This document shows, one piece after another, positions 39,519 through 55,842 of a DNA stretch of 64,000 bases. A program made the position numbers and the translations under genes. The notes below the pieces were generated by a model, which made no database searches, had not been told where the DNA came from, and saw only the letters and a list, made by a program, of their open reading frames with translations. This DNA comes from Escherichia coli (GTDB lineage Bacteria; Pseudomonadota; Gammaproteobacteria; Enterobacterales; Enterobacteriaceae), in the NCBI RefSeq assembly GCF_017348835.2, contig NZ_CP071375.1. One strand, 5' to 3'. How positions within the stretch are numbered: the stretch's first letter is position 1; the number at the start of each line of letters is the position of its first letter.

Positions 39519-40994
39519 TTACGTCAGATGCGTTTTTCGTAGCGCCAGATAATCCAGCAAACCACCAAGCACGACGCCAGAAAGGGCGACTAAAACCCCG
39601 ACTTCCAGCAGAGCAGGCAGGAAAGAGAAGTGCGTCAAATCCAGCGCGTCCATCGTCAACAGCAGTAACCACACGGCCAACAGGCTGACGCCCGCCGCCA
39701 GTGTCCACATGGCAAAGGCATAACCTGCCGGATATGCGGTACGGGAGATAAAGTTGTCATTTACTCGTGTATATTCAAGCGTCTGGCGGCAAACCAGCAG
39801 CAAAATAAGCCCAGGTACGGCAGCGGCGACGGAGAATAGATAGAATGTCGACCAGCCGTGTGCTTCAACAAACCAACCCGCCACGGGGCCGACATAAACT
39901 CGCCCTACAGCAGAAAGCGCTGAGAGCAGGGCAAATTGAGTAGCGGAAAATGACTTATTACATAGCGTCATTAACAGCGCGACAAAGGCTGATGTGCCCA
40001 TCCCGCCACAGAGGTTTTCGAAAAAGACGGCTGCGCCCATGCTGTAGAGATGCTTATCAGTAATCGACAGCAGCCAGTAACCAGCGTTAGACGCACCTTG
40101 TAAAATGCCGAAAATCAGCAGTGCCCGGAATAGAGACAGGCGCTGCATCAAAATCCCACCGTACAATGCGCCAACAATGGTCGCTAGTAAGCCAAGCGTT
40201 TTGTTTACCACGCCTACTTCACCCGCATCAAACCCGACGCCGCGAATCAAAAACGTGGTTGTCAGGCTCATGGCGAATGCGTCGCCCACCTTATACAGCA
40301 CGATAAGAAGCAAAATAAGCCAGGCATTATTGCGACCAAAGAAATCTCGCAGAGGTGCAACAACCGCTTGTTCCAGCGTTTTGGGCACAGGAATGGTGTC
40401 GGTTGGTTCTGGTGCAAGCAACGTCGCGATAATACAGGGGATCAACAGCGCCGCCATCAACCAGTACATGCCCTGCCAGCCCAGCCATTTATCTGCCAGC
40501 CACAGGGCTAGGCCGCCGGAAACCAGCATCCCTAAACGGTAACCCAGAACGCTGATTGCCGCGCCCGCACCACGTTCTTCTGCCGGGAGCACATCGGTTT
40601 TCCACGCATCGAAGACAATATCCTGGGAGGCAGAGCAAAAAGCGATCACCACCGCCAGCGCCGCCATCCAGCGGAGTTGGGTGCCTGGTTCGAGAAAACC
40701 CATCGCCGCAATGGCGACTAATAACAGGATTTGCGTGGCGAGCAGCCACCCGCGCCGCCGCCCAAAAAATGGGGGCGTGTAGCGGTCCATCAGCGGTGAC
40801 CAGAGGAATTTAAAAACGTAAGCCTGGCCTACCAGAGAGAAGAAACCAATGGTTTTGAGATCGATATTCTCGACCGTCATCCAGGCCTGTAAGGTGCCGG
40901 ATGTCAGGGCGAGCGGTAGCCCGGAAGCAAAACCCAGGATCAGCAATATGGCTGAACGCGGCTGTTGAAAAATACGTAAATATTGACTGGACAT
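39519..40994 (-). CDS. ampG: Anhydromuropeptide permease (MFS)
   Basis: 491-aa ORF MSSQYLRIFQQPRSAILLILGFASGLPLALTSGTLQAWMT. Confidence 0.95.
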   Translation of the reverse strand: MSSQYLRIFQQPRSAILLILGFASGLPLALTSGTLQAWMTVENIDLKTIGFFSLVGQAYVFKFLWSPLMDRYTPPFFGRRRGWLLATQILLLVAIAAMGFLEPGTQLRWMAALAVVIAFCSASQDIVFDAWKTDVLPAEERGAGAAISVLGYRLGMLVSGGLALWLADKWLGWQGMYWLMAALLIPCIIATLLAPEPTDTIPVPKTLEQAVVAPLRDFFGRNNAWLILLLIVLYKVGDAFAMSLTTTFLIRGVGFDAGEVGVVNKTLGLLATIVGALYGGILMQRLSLFRALLIFGILQGASNAGYWLLSITDKHLYSMGAAVFFENLCGGMGTSAFVALLMTLCNKSFSATQFALLSALSAVGRVYVGPVAGWFVEAHGWSTFYLFSVAAAVPGLILLLVCRQTLEYTRVNDNFISRTAYPAGYAFAMWTLAAGVSLLAVWLLLLTMDALDLTHFSFLPALLEVGVLVALSGVVLGGLLDYLALRKTHLT

Positions 40995-41037
40995 GGGCGT
41001 CTACAGGCCCGGCTTGCACCGGGCCAGAGGGCAGAAA

Positions 41038-41616
41038 TTAACGCGCGTTCTGCTTGATGAATTCGTGAATGCTGGTGTCCTGAGACATATCAGCGATGGT
41101 ATCGGTCAGCACACTGTTAACCGCATCGGCGATATTTTTGTTGGAGGCCTGGAACGCACCTTCAACGTTGTAGCTGGCACGATAGTTTTTGGTCATTTTG
41201 TTGCCATTCTGCGCGGTAGCGATGATGGCGATATCCGCTTTGGTAGCGATGTTGTAGCGCACGTTGCCCTGGGACACGTCAGCATACAGTTGGCTAACGA
41301 TGATTTGCAGATTAACCGGGCCATTCGGACCAACCATGTAACCACGCGCGGTCATCTGTTTTTCCAGCACTTCTTGCAGCAGGAAACGCAGATCGCGGGA
41401 GGCGGTCAGGGTAACGATTTGATTATCGCGGGTGACTTTTGCCAGCGCCTGATCGGTACGCTGATCGGCACCATTAATGCTTACGGTGACGCCCATCAGG
41501 CTTGGATCCTGCTGTGGCAGTGTAATCGTCGGGGAAACTTCAATAGTTGTTGGCGGTTTTGCGCATCCTGCAAGCATAAACAGAGCAACTAACGGGAAGA
41601 GGATTTTTTTGAACAT
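41038..41616 (-). CDS. yajG: Lipoprotein YajG
   Basis: Start set at MFKKILFPLVALFMLAGCAKPP (lipobox). Confidence 0.9.
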   Translation of the reverse strand: MFKKILFPLVALFMLAGCAKPPTTIEVSPTITLPQQDPSLMGVTVSINGADQRTDQALAKVTRDNQIVTLTASRDLRFLLQEVLEKQMTARGYMVGPNGPVNLQIIVSQLYADVSQGNVRYNIATKADIAIIATAQNGNKMTKNYRASYNVEGAFQASNKNIADAVNSVLTDTIADMSQDTSIHEFIKQNAR

Positions 41617-41920
41617 GTTCGGGCTCTCAGAGACTCTTAAGCGTGTTTGGTAAAAATTCCCGCCATCATAACATTGCCAACGGCGAGGGGAAGTAGGTAA
41701 GGCATGTAAATTCATCATGTTGACGAAATAATCGCCCCTGGTAAAAGAAACGCTGATGCGAGGCCTGTGTTTCAATCTTTAAATCAGTAAACTTCATACG
41801 CTTGACGGAAAAACCAGGACGAAACCTAAATATTTGTTGTTAAGCTGCAATGGAAACGGTAAAAGCGGCTAGTATTTAAAGGGATGGATGACATCTCAGC
41901 GTTGTCGGAGGAGATATTTC

Positions 41921-42238
41921 ATGATGATACGTGAGCGGATAGAAGAAAAATTAAGGGCGGCGTTCCAACCCGTATTCCTCGAAGTAGTGGATGAAAGCTA
42001 TCGTCACAATGTCCCAGCCGGCTCTGAAAGCCATTTTAAAGTTGTGCTGGTCAGCGATCGTTTTACGGGTGAACGTTTTCTGAATCGTCATCGAATGATT
42101 TACAGTACTTTAGCGGAGGAACTCTCTACTACCGTTCATGCGCTGGCTCTGCATACTTACACTATTAAGGAGTGGGAAGGGTTGCAGGACACCGTCTTTG
42201 CCTCTCCTCCCTGTCGTGGAGCAGGAAGCATCGCGTAA
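41921..42238 (+). CDS. bolA: Stress-response morphogene regulator BolA
   Basis: Start set at [48 protein letters not shown]; 105 aa. Confidence 0.93.
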
Positions 42239-42572
42239 AAACGCATTTGCAACTGTCGGCGCTTTTCCAGTATGTTGCTAAAGATTTTATGAAAAACGGC
42301 CTGCGGGCCGTTTTGTTTTGTCTGGATTTTGCGCTTTTTGCCCAGCATTCAGACGAAAATTGCCCGGGAATTGTGAAAAAATACGCGACAGCGCGCAATA
42401 ACCGTTCTCGACTCATAAAAGTGATGCCGCTATAATGCCGCGTCCTATTTGAATGCTTTCGGGATGATTCTGGTAACAGGGAATGTGATTGATTATAAGA
42501 ACATCCCGGTTCCGCGAAGCCAACAACCTGTGCTTGCGGGGTAAGAGTTGACCGAGCACTGTGATTTTTTGA

Positions 42573-43880
<1,308 letters not shown>

Positions 43881-43913
43881 TTTACGCAGCATAACGCGCT
43901 AAATTCGCACAAA

Positions 43914-43938
43914 GGCCCGTCACCGCCAGGTGGTGGGC
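43914..43938 (+). terminator. Terminator after tig
   Basis: GC-rich stem cccgtcaccgccaggtggtggg followed by eight T. Confidence 0.55.
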
Positions 43939-44125
43939 TTTTTTTTGTCATGAATTTTGCATGGAACCGTGCGAAAAGCCTCTTTCGGTGTTAGCGTAAC
44001 AACAAAAGATTGTTATGCTTGAAATATGGTGATGCCGTACCCATAACACAGGGACTAGCTGATAATCCGTCCATAAGGTTACAATCGGTACAGCAGGTTT
44101 TTTCAATTTTATCCAGGAGACGGAA

Positions 44126-44749
44126 ATGTCATACAGCGGCGAACGAGATAACTTTGCACCCCATATGGCGCTGGTGCCGATGGTCATTGAACAGACCTCA
44201 CGTGGTGAGCGCTCTTTTGATATCTATTCTCGTCTACTTAAGGAACGCGTCATTTTTCTGACTGGCCAGGTTGAAGACCACATGGCTAACCTGATTGTGG
44301 CGCAGATGCTGTTCCTGGAAGCAGAAAACCCAGAAAAAGATATCTATCTGTACATTAACTCCCCAGGCGGGGTGATCACTGCCGGGATGTCTATCTATGA
44401 CACCATGCAGTTTATCAAGCCTGATGTCAGCACCATCTGTATGGGCCAGGCGGCCTCAATGGGCGCTTTCTTGCTGACCGCAGGGGCAAAAGGTAAACGT
44501 TTTTGCCTGCCGAATTCGCGCGTGATGATTCACCAACCGTTGGGCGGCTACCAGGGCCAGGCGACCGATATCGAAATTCATGCCCGTGAAATTCTGAAAG
44601 TTAAAGGGCGCATGAATGAACTTATGGCGCTTCATACGGGTCAATCATTAGAACAGATTGAACGTGATACCGAGCGCGATCGCTTCCTTTCCGCCCCTGA
44701 AGCGGTGGAATACGGTCTGGTCGATTCGATTCTGACCCATCGTAATTGA
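44126..44749 (+). CDS. clpP: ATP-dependent Clp protease proteolytic subunit
   Basis: 207-aa [48 protein letters not shown]. Confidence 0.97.
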   Translation: MSYSGERDNFAPHMALVPMVIEQTSRGERSFDIYSRLLKERVIFLTGQVEDHMANLIVAQMLFLEAENPEKDIYLYINSPGGVITAGMSIYDTMQFIKPDVSTICMGQAASMGAFLLTAGAKGKRFCLPNSRVMIHQPLGGYQGQATDIEIHAREILKVKGRMNELMALHTGQSLEQIERDTERDRFLSAPEAVEYGLVDSILTHRN

Positions 44750-44874
44750 TGCCAGAGGCGCAACTGTGCCGCTATACTTATCCAGGGCGGCACAACGCTG
44801 TAAGCGGCTTGCGCCTGAGAATGGCATTTGCGTCGTCGTGTGCGGCACAAAGAACAAAGAAGAGGTTTTGACCC

Positions 44875-46149
44875 ATGACAGATAAACGCAAAGATGGCTC
44901 AGGCAAATTGCTGTATTGCTCTTTTTGCGGCAAAAGCCAGCATGAAGTGCGCAAGCTGATTGCCGGTCCATCCGTGTATATCTGCGACGAATGTGTTGAT
45001 TTATGTAACGACATCATTCGCGAAGAGATTAAAGAAGTTGCACCGCATCGTGAACGCAGTGCGCTACCGACGCCGCATGAAATTCGTAACCACCTGGACG
45101 ATTACGTTATCGGCCAGGAACAGGCGAAAAAAGTGCTGGCGGTCGCGGTATACAACCATTACAAACGTCTGCGCAACGGCGATACCAGCAATGGTGTCGA
45201 GTTGGGCAAAAGTAACATTCTGCTGATCGGTCCGACTGGTTCCGGTAAAACGCTGCTGGCTGAAACGCTGGCGCGCCTGCTGGACGTCCCGTTCACCATG
45301 GCCGACGCAACCACGCTGACCGAAGCCGGTTATGTGGGCGAAGACGTTGAAAACATCATTCAGAAGCTGTTGCAAAAGTGCGATTACGACGTACAGAAAG
45401 CGCAGCGCGGGATTGTCTACATCGATGAAATCGACAAGATTTCTCGTAAGTCAGACAACCCGTCTATTACCCGTGACGTTTCCGGTGAAGGCGTACAGCA
45501 GGCACTGTTGAAACTGATCGAAGGTACGGTAGCTGCTGTTCCACCGCAAGGTGGGCGTAAACATCCGCAGCAGGAATTCTTGCAGGTTGATACCTCTAAG
45601 ATCCTGTTTATTTGTGGCGGTGCGTTTGCCGGTCTGGATAAAGTGATTTCCCATCGTGTAGAAACCGGCTCCGGCATTGGTTTTGGCGCGACGGTAAAAG
45701 CGAAGTCCGACAAAGCAAGCGAAGGCGAGCTGCTGGCGCAGGTTGAACCGGAAGATCTGATCAAGTTTGGTCTTATCCCTGAGTTTATTGGTCGTCTGCC
45801 GGTTGTCGCAACGTTGAATGAACTGAGCGAAGAAGCTCTGATTCAGATCCTCAAAGAGCCGAAAAACGCCCTGACCAAGCAGTATCAGGCGCTGTTTAAT
45901 CTGGAAGGCGTGGATCTGGAATTCCGTGACGAGGCGCTGGATGCTATCGCTAAGAAAGCGATGGCGCGTAAAACCGGTGCCCGTGGCCTGCGTTCCATCG
46001 TAGAAGCCGCACTGCTCGATACCATGTACGATCTGCCGTCCATGGAAGATGTCGAAAAAGTGGTTATCGACGAGTCGGTAATTGATGGTCAAAGCAAACC
46101 GTTGCTGATTTATGGCAAGCCGGAAGCGCAACAGGCATCTGGTGAATAA
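44875..46149 (+). CDS. clpX: ATP-dependent Clp protease ATP-binding subunit ClpX
   Basis: 424-aa ORF with zinc-binding [27 protein letters not shown] and Walker A GPTGSGKT. Confidence 0.97.
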
Positions 46150-46336
46150 TTAACCATTCCCATACAATTAGTTAACCAAAAAGGGGGGATTTTATCTCCC
46201 CTTTAATTTTTCCTCTATTCTCGGCGTTGAATGTGGGGGAAACATCCCCATATACTGACGTACATGTTAATAGATGGCGTGAAGCACAGTCGTGTCATCT
46301 GATTACCTGGCGGAAATTAAACTAAGAGAGAGCTCT

Positions 46337-48691
46337 ATGAATCCTGAGCGTTCTGAACGCATTGAAATCCCCGTATTGCCGCTGCGCGATGTGGTGGTTT
46401 ATCCGCACATGGTCATCCCCTTATTTGTCGGGCGGGAAAAATCTATCCGTTGTCTGGAAGCGGCGATGGACCATGATAAAAAAATTATGCTGGTTGCGCA
46501 GAAAGAAGCTTCAACGGATGAGCCGGGTGTAAACGATCTTTTCACCGTCGGGACCGTGGCCTCTATATTGCAGATGCTGAAACTGCCTGACGGCACCGTC
46601 AAAGTGCTGGTCGAGGGGTTACAGCGCGCGCGTATTTCTGCGCTCTCTGACAATGGCGAACACTTTTCTGCGAAGGCGGAGTATCTGGAGTCGCCGACCA
46701 TTGATGAGCGAGAACAGGAAGTGCTGGTGCGTACTGCAATCAGCCAGTTCGAAGGCTACATCAAGCTGAACAAAAAAATCCCACCAGAAGTGCTGACGTC
46801 GTTGAATAGCATCGACGATCCGGCGCGTCTGGCGGATACCATTGCTGCACATATGCCGCTGAAACTGGCTGACAAACAGTCCGTTCTGGAGATGTCCGAC
46901 GTTAACGAACGTCTAGAATATCTGATGGCAATGATGGAATCGGAAATCGATCTGCTGCAGGTTGAGAAACGCATTCGCAACCGCGTTAAAAAGCAGATGG
47001 AGAAATCCCAGCGTGAGTACTATCTGAACGAGCAAATGAAAGCTATTCAGAAAGAACTCGGTGAAATGGACGACGCGCCGGACGAAAACGAAGCCCTGAA
47101 GCGCAAAATCGACGCGGCGAAGATGCCGAAAGAGGCAAAAGAGAAAGCGGAAGCAGAGTTGCAGAAGCTGAAAATGATGTCTCCGATGTCGGCAGAAGCG
47201 ACCGTAGTGCGTGGTTATATCGACTGGATGGTACAGGTACCGTGGAATGCGCGCAGCAAGGTCAAAAAAGACCTGCGTCAGGCGCAGGAAATCCTTGATA
47301 CCGACCATTATGGTCTGGAGCGCGTGAAAGATCGCATCCTTGAGTATCTTGCGGTTCAAAGCCGTGTCAACAAAATCAAGGGACCGATCCTCTGCCTGGT
47401 AGGGCCGCCGGGGGTAGGTAAAACGTCCCTGGGTCAGTCCATCGCCAAAGCCACTGGGCGTAAATATGTCCGTATGGCGCTGGGCGGCGTGCGTGATGAA
47501 GCGGAAATCCGTGGTCACCGCCGTACTTACATCGGTTCTATGCCGGGTAAACTGATCCAGAAAATGGCGAAAGTGGGCGTGAAAAACCCGCTGTTCCTGC
47601 TCGATGAGATCGACAAAATGTCTTCTGACATGCGAGGCGATCCGGCCTCTGCACTGCTTGAAGTGCTGGATCCAGAGCAGAACGTAGCGTTCAGCGACCA
47701 CTACCTGGAAGTGGATTACGATCTCAGCGACGTGATGTTTGTCGCGACGTCGAACTCCATGAACATTCCGGCACCGCTGCTGGATCGTATGGAAGTGATT
47801 CGCCTCTCCGGTTATACCGAAGATGAAAAACTGAACATCGCCAAACGTCACCTGCTGCCGAAGCAGATTGAACGTAATGCACTGAAAAAAGGTGAGCTGA
47901 CCGTCGACGATAGCGCCATTATCGGCATTATTCGTTACTACACCCGTGAGGCGGGCGTGCGTGGTCTGGAGCGTGAAATCTCCAAACTGTGCCGTAAAGC
48001 GGTTAAGCAGTTACTGCTCGATAAGTCATTAAAACATATCGAAATTAACGGCGATAACCTGCATGACTATCTCGGTGTTCAGCGTTTTGACTATGGACGC
48101 GCGGATAACGAAAACCGTGTCGGTCAGGTAACCGGTCTGGCGTGGACTGAAGTGGGCGGTGACTTGCTGACCATTGAAACCGCATGTGTTCCGGGGAAAG
48201 GCAAACTGACCTATACCGGTTCGCTCGGCGAAGTGATGCAGGAGTCCATTCAGGCGGCGTTAACGGTGGTTCGTGCGCGTGCGGAAAAACTGGGGATCAA
48301 CCCTGATTTTTACGAAAAACGCGACATCCACGTCCACGTACCGGAAGGTGCGACGCCGAAAGATGGTCCGAGTGCTGGTATTGCTATGTGCACCGCGCTG
48401 GTTTCTTGCCTGACCGGTAACCCGGTTCGTGCCGATGTGGCAATGACCGGTGAGATCACTCTGCGTGGTCAGGTACTGCCGATCGGTGGTTTGAAAGAAA
48501 AACTACTGGCAGCGCATCGCGGTGGGATTAAAACAGTGTTAATTCCGTTCGAAAATAAACGCGATCTGGAAGAGATTCCTGACAACGTAATTGCCGATCT
48601 GGACATTCATCCTGTGAAGCGCATTGAGGAAGTTCTGACTCTGGCGCTGCAAAATGAACCGTCTGGCATGCAGGTTGTGACTGCAAAATAG
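46337..48691 (+). CDS. lon: Lon protease
   Basis: Start set at [37 protein letters not shown]; Walker [10 protein letters not shown]; 784 aa. Confidence 0.96.
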   Translation: MNPERSERIEIPVLPLRDVVVYPHMVIPLFVGREKSIRCLEAAMDHDKKIMLVAQKEASTDEPGVNDLFTVGTVASILQMLKLPDGTVKVLVEGLQRARISALSDNGEHFSAKAEYLESPTIDEREQEVLVRTAISQFEGYIKLNKKIPPEVLTSLNSIDDPARLADTIAAHMPLKLADKQSVLEMSDVNERLEYLMAMMESEIDLLQVEKRIRNRVKKQMEKSQREYYLNEQMKAIQKELGEMDDAPDENEALKRKIDAAKMPKEAKEKAEAELQKLKMMSPMSAEATVVRGYIDWMVQVPWNARSKVKKDLRQAQEILDTDHYGLERVKDRILEYLAVQSRVNKIKGPILCLVGPPGVGKTSLGQSIAKATGRKYVRMALGGVRDEAEIRGHRRTYIGSMPGKLIQKMAKVGVKNPLFLLDEIDKMSSDMRGDPASALLEVLDPEQNVAFSDHYLEVDYDLSDVMFVATSNSMNIPAPLLDRMEVIRLSGYTEDEKLNIAKRHLLPKQIERNALKKGELTVDDSAIIGIIRYYTREAGVRGLEREISKLCRKAVKQLLLDKSLKHIEINGDNLHDYLGVQRFDYGRADNENRVGQVTGLAWTEVGGDLLTIETACVPGKGKLTYTGSLGEVMQESIQAALTVVRARAEKLGINPDFYEKRDIHVHVPEGATPKDGPSAGIAMCTALVSCLTGNPVRADVAMTGEITLRGQVLPIGGLKEKLLAAHRGGIKTVLIPFENKRDLEEIPDNVIADLDIHPVKRIEEVLTLALQNEPSGMQVVTAK

Positions 48692-48722
48692 TGACCTCGC
48701 GCAAAATGCACTAATAAAAACA

Positions 48723-48761
48723 GGGCTGGCAGGCTAATTCGGGCTTGCCAGCCTTTTTTTG
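48723..48761 (+). terminator. Rho-independent terminator after lon
   Basis: Hairpin ggctggcaggctaattcgggcttgccagcc followed by seven T. Confidence 0.7.
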
Positions 48762-48899
48762 TCTCGCTAAGTTAGATGGCGGATCGGGCTTGCCCTTATT
48801 AAGGGGTGTTGTAAGGGGATGGCTGGCCTGATATAACTGCTGCGCGTTCGTACCTTGAAGGATTCAAGTGCGATATAAATTATAAAGAGGAAGAGAAGA

Positions 48900-49172
48900 G
48901 TGAATAAATCTCAATTGATCGACAAGATTGCTGCAGGGGCTGATATCTCTAAAGCTGCGGCTGGCCGTGCGTTAGATGCTATTATTGCTTCCGTAACTGA
49001 ATCTCTGAAAGAAGGGGATGATGTAGCACTGGTAGGTTTTGGTACTTTTGCCGTTAAAGAGCGTGCTGCCCGTACTGGCCGCAACCCGCAGACCGGTAAA
49101 GAGATCACCATCGCTGCCGCTAAAGTACCGAGCTTCCGTGCAGGTAAAGCACTGAAAGACGCGGTAAACTAA
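48900..49172 (+). CDS. hupB: DNA-binding protein HU-beta
   Basis: 90-aa [53 protein letters not shown]. Confidence 0.97.
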
Positions 49173-49363
49173 GCGTTGTCCCCAGTGGGGATGTGACGAA
49201 GTTCAAGGGCGCATCTACTGATGTGCCTTTTTTATTTGTATTCGGTGACTTTCTGTGTCTTGTGGGCTGACAATTGCCCCCGTTTCTTGTCACAATAGGC
49301 CTTTGCGCGCATCGATACGTTGCGTGAGGTACACAGTCATCTACAGCGGAGTGTTGTTACACC

Positions 49364-51341
<1,978 letters not shown>

Positions 51342-51349
51342 ACCGTTAA

Positions 51350-51757
<408 letters not shown>

Positions 51758-51776
51758 TTAATTTGCATAGTGGCAG

Positions 51777-51809
<33 letters not shown>

Positions 51810-51861
51810 TGACCTCTGTACTTATAACAGTTCTTATAACAACAAGTAAGGTTATTGCGCT

Positions 51862-52260
51862 ATGCAAACACAAATTAAAGTTCGTGGATATCATCTTGAT
51901 GTTTACCAGCACGTTAACAACGCCCGCTACCTTGAGTTTCTCGAAGAAGCCCGCTGGGATGGGCTGGAAAACAGCGACAGTTTTCAGTGGATGACCGCCC
52001 ATAACATCGCTTTCGTGGTGGTGAATATCAATATTAACTATCGCCGTCCGGCAGTATTGAGCGACCTGTTAACTATCACCAGTCAGTTGCAGCAATTAAA
52101 TGGAAAGAGCGGCATTTTAAGTCAGGTCATCACTCTTGAGCCGGAAGGGCAGGTGGTAGCCGACGCGCTCATTACGTTTGTTTGTATCGATCTCAAAACG
52201 CAGAAGGCTTTAGCGCTGGAAGGGGAGCTGCGCGAAAAGCTGGAGCAGATGGTTAAGTAA
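51862..52260 (+). CDS. fadM: Long-chain acyl-CoA thioesterase III
   Basis: 132-aa hotdog-fold ORF MQTQIKVRGYHLDVYQHVNNARYLEFLEEARW. Confidence 0.9.
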   Translation: MQTQIKVRGYHLDVYQHVNNARYLEFLEEARWDGLENSDSFQWMTAHNIAFVVVNININYRRPAVLSDLLTITSQLQQLNGKSGILSQVITLEPEGQVVADALITFVCIDLKTQKALALEGELREKLEQMVK

Positions 52261-52271
52261 ACGTTTTGTTG

Positions 52272-52298
52272 TGCCGGATGCTCATGCCGCATCCGGCA
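52272..52298. repeat. REP element between fadM and queC
   Basis: gccggatgctcatgccgcatccggc palindrome. Confidence 0.6.
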
Positions 52299-52311
52299 AC
52301 ATCCCGAGTAA

Positions 52312-53007
52312 TTACTTCAACCCGGTCTTCTGCTTCATCGCTGCCATCACCGTCGGTTTATCGGCCAGATAATGATTCAAACCGTTGGCGCGTAAATTAC
52401 ATGCCGCACATTGACCGCAACCGTCGCCTTTAATGCCGTTATAGCAGGTCAGCGTTTCGTTACGGACTAAATCCAGCTTGCCGTAATAATCTGCCAGCGC
52501 CCAGGTTTCCGCTTTATCAATCCACATCAGCGGCGTTTCAAAACGAATCTCTTTCGCCATGCCCAGACTAACGGCATGGTTTAGTGCTTTCACAAATTCA
52601 TCGCGGCAATCCGGGTAACCGGAGAAGTCTGTTTCGCAGACCCCGGTAATCACCGCTTCTGCTTTCACCTGATACGCGTAAATCGCCGCCAGCGTCAGAA
52701 ACAAAATATTACGCCCAGGGACAAACGTATTAGGGATGCCATCGGCTTCAGGTTCATAATCTGGCACTGGAATGCTGTCACGCGTCAGACTGCTGACTGC
52801 CAGCTCATTAAGCAGGGTGACATCCAGCACCTTATGCGCGCGTGCACCCAGTTTCAGCGCCAGATCGCGCGCGACGTCGATCTCTGCGCGATGGCGCTGA
52901 CCGTAATCGAACGTCACGCAATGGACTTCATCATAGTGTTGCAATGCCTGCACCAGACAGGTTGTAGAGTCCTGGCCCCCACTGAATACAACGACAGCAC
53001 GTTTCAT
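52312..53007 (-). CDS. queC: 7-cyano-7-deazaguanine synthase
   Basis: 231-aa [26 protein letters not shown] (PP-loop) with C-terminal Cys cluster. Confidence 0.95.
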   Translation of the reverse strand: MKRAVVVFSGGQDSTTCLVQALQHYDEVHCVTFDYGQRHRAEIDVARDLALKLGARAHKVLDVTLLNELAVSSLTRDSIPVPDYEPEADGIPNTFVPGRNILFLTLAAIYAYQVKAEAVITGVCETDFSGYPDCRDEFVKALNHAVSLGMAKEIRFETPLMWIDKAETWALADYYGKLDLVRNETLTCYNGIKGDGCGQCAACNLRANGLNHYLADKPTVMAAMKQKTGLK

Positions 53008-53070
53008 AAATCATCCTGCTAAATCGATAAAACGTTATGGTAACCCCTGTGGTTAACCCGGACCAGCTCT

Positions 53071-54771
53071 TCATTGCGACGGTGCGGGTAGCCAGGCTTC
53101 GGTAAATTCAAACCAGCCGCGCGGTGTCAGTCGCACACCGTTTACTCCGGGCGGCGCGCTAATGCGATAGTGATAGTTGAACAGTGGTGTCAGCGTTGCG
53201 TCTGCCATTAACTGGCTAAACACCGTTTTCAGGGCATTAAATCGGTTTTCCTCATAAGGCATTACTTGCACGGCATCCAGCGTTGATTGCAGATGTGCGT
53301 ATGTACTGGCAGTAAAAACATGCGGCCACAGCGGATCGCAGCGCAGCCACTGTTCAAGGGTATATTCCGGTGCTTCGCCAATTAATCTGTCGCCCATCAT
53401 GAGGTCTGCTTGATCCAGTGGCGTGGCACCGTCCCAGTTTTTCGCGTTATGAAAAACAATCTTTAGCTCGCAACCTTCTTCTGCCAGCGTCGTTCGTAGC
53501 TGTTCTGCCATGGCGTGAAGTTCCACGGGTAGGTGATAAACCAGCGTCAGTGTTTCAGGTAGTTTGACTTCCTCCGGAACTTGCCATTGTGGAATGGTCC
53601 AGCCTGGAAGCAATGCATTACTGGCGGTGATCAGGTTTTCTCCGACTTCTAACGTTTGTAGTAAGCCGGATTGATGAATAATGGTGATCACTTTTCGAGC
53701 CTGCCAGAGCGTCAGTCGGGGGCTTTTGCGCAACGTTAAATAGCAAAAACCTAAACTGATGCCGCTACTGACCTGACTGACCCGTTGCAGCTCCTCCGGT
53801 TTGCCGATGGTGATTTGCACGGGATGCCGACAACTGGTTCCCAAATCTTTTTCGAAAAGCGGCGGAGTTATCCAGTACTCAACCGCTTTAAGCAGCGGAT
53901 GACGTAAATGGTAATAATCATGGCTTTCCAGGCGCACCAGCTCCGCTGTGAATTGTGTTAAGCGAAAAGGACCCGTGCCGATCAGTGGGAATTGCGGATG
54001 CGCCAGATGGCTGCAATAGCTCGCCAGCCGGTGCGCAAGCCAGTAATCAGGGCGATGTAAAAAGAAGGTCAGACACTGCGGATGGGTGACTTCAATACGC
54101 TTCACGCTAATAAATAATTGATCCAGTGCTGGCAGTTGTAACAGCATCAATAATCGCTGGTGTAAGTGTGAGGCTTTTACTGCATCGCCGTTATGCCAGT
54201 GTAGGGTTGAACGAAGATAAAAGTCCCAGCGTAACCCGTCAGTAGAGGTTTCCCAGTGATGTGCTAAATCGCCAATCGGGCGCTGGGTATTATTATCGAA
54301 GCGGGTCAGGCCGGAAAATATCTGTCCGGCGAGATGCTGCTCAGCACGGCCGGGCAAAAAGCCCGGTTGTAGCGGTTCGAGCGGGCGATAGTAGGGAATA
54401 CGCAACGTGGGTGTATCGTTTTGCCATTGTCCGCCCATAAACGGCTGTAACAGAGTGCGCAGCTCACCTGGGGCCAGTTGCGCCAGCTCCAGCACATCTT
54501 GCTGCTTTCCGGTTTCCAGTGCCTTTTCCATCATCGCATTGCGTAGCGATTCTGGCGTGACCAGAAAGCGTAATTGTCCGCGCTTTCCGCGTCCTGACTG
54601 CGCCTGCCACTCCAGCCATCCCGCCTCTTGTGCCTGACGCAACAGCGTACGAACATGGCGTTCGCTGCAAAAACAGCGTTCGGCCAGTTCGCTGACGGTG
54701 ACGGTTTGCGGCTTTCCGGCGGAAGGTTGCCACAGACGTTGATACTGGTTAAGACGGTTGAGCAGTCGCAT
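53071..54771 (-). CDS. ybaE: SgrR-family putative regulator / solute-binding domain protein YbaE
   Basis: Start set at MRLLNRLNQYQRLWQPSAGKPQ; about 566 aa. Confidence 0.85.
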   Translation of the reverse strand: MRLLNRLNQYQRLWQPSAGKPQTVTVSELAERCFCSERHVRTLLRQAQEAGWLEWQAQSGRGKRGQLRFLVTPESLRNAMMEKALETGKQQDVLELAQLAPGELRTLLQPFMGGQWQNDTPTLRIPYYRPLEPLQPGFLPGRAEQHLAGQIFSGLTRFDNNTQRPIGDLAHHWETSTDGLRWDFYLRSTLHWHNGDAVKASHLHQRLLMLLQLPALDQLFISVKRIEVTHPQCLTFFLHRPDYWLAHRLASYCSHLAHPQFPLIGTGPFRLTQFTAELVRLESHDYYHLRHPLLKAVEYWITPPLFEKDLGTSCRHPVQITIGKPEELQRVSQVSSGISLGFCYLTLRKSPRLTLWQARKVITIIHQSGLLQTLEVGENLITASNALLPGWTIPQWQVPEEVKLPETLTLVYHLPVELHAMAEQLRTTLAEEGCELKIVFHNAKNWDGATPLDQADLMMGDRLIGEAPEYTLEQWLRCDPLWPHVFTASTYAHLQSTLDAVQVMPYEENRFNALKTVFSQLMADATLTPLFNYHYRISAPPGVNGVRLTPRGWFEFTEAWLPAPSQ

Positions 54772-54870
54772 ATAAACCCGGAACAATATTATTTAACTAT
54801 TCACTATTACTTCCGTATATATCAGGTGATACTCAATCACCATTAACCGTGTCACAGAGTGGAGAAAGAA

Positions 54871-55689
54871 ATGGCTCGTCTGGCAGCATTTGATATGGAT
54901 GGCACTTTATTGATGCCTGACCATCATTTAGGTGAGAAAACCCTCTCTACTTTGGCGCGACTGCGTGAACGCGACATTACCCTCACTTTTGCCACGGGGC
55001 GTCATGCGCTGGAGATGCAGCATATTCTCGGGGCGCTATCGCTGGATGCGTATTTGATTACCGGCAACGGAACGCGCGTGCATTCTCTGGAAGGTGAACT
55101 TTTACATCGTGATGATTTACCTGCGGATGTCGCGGAGCTGGTGCTGTATCAGCAATGGGATACCCGAGCAAGCATGCATATCTTCAATGACGATGGTTGG
55201 TTTACCGGGAAAGAGATCCCTGCGTTGTTGCAGGCATTTGTCTATAGCGGTTTTCGTTATCAGATAATCGATGTCAAAAAAATGCCACTCGGCAGCGTCA
55301 CCAAGATCTGCTTCTGTGGCGATCACGACGATCTTACACGCTTGCAGATCCAGCTACACGAAGCATTATCCGAGCGTGCACATTTGTGTTTTTCCGCCAC
55401 GGATTGCCTCGAAGTGCTGCCGGTGGGCTGCAATAAAGGCGCTGCACTGACGGTGCTGACCCAACATTTAGGTTTATCGTTGCGCGATTGCATGGCCTTT
55501 GGTGATGCGATGAACGATCGCGAAATGTTAGGCAGCGTCGGTAGCGGATTTATTATGGGCAATGCGATGCCGCAACTGCGCGCGGAGCTCCCGCATTTAC
55601 CGGTGATTGGACATTGCCGAAATCAGGCTGTCTCTCACTATTTGACGCACTGGCTGGACTATCCACATCTACCTTATTCCCCCGAATAA
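54871..55689 (+). CDS. cof: HMP-PP phosphatase (HAD superfamily, Cof family)
   Basis: Start set at [24 protein letters not shown] (HAD motif I DMDGT). Confidence 0.92.
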   Translation: MARLAAFDMDGTLLMPDHHLGEKTLSTLARLRERDITLTFATGRHALEMQHILGALSLDAYLITGNGTRVHSLEGELLHRDDLPADVAELVLYQQWDTRASMHIFNDDGWFTGKEIPALLQAFVYSGFRYQIIDVKKMPLGSVTKICFCGDHDDLTRLQIQLHEALSERAHLCFSATDCLEVLPVGCNKGAALTVLTQHLGLSLRDCMAFGDAMNDREMLGSVGSGFIMGNAMPQLRAELPHLPVIGHCRNQAVSHYLTHWLDYPHLPYSPE

Positions 55690-55842
55690 CGAGATCCCTT
55701 CCAGCACCGGGCAATTGCCCGGTTTTTTTTTGCGTTGAATTTGTCATTTTGTGCCGTGGTGTTTAAACCGCACAGAATAAATTGTCGTGATTTCACCTTT
55801 AAAATAAAATTAAAAGAGAAAAAAATTCTCTGTGGAAGGGCT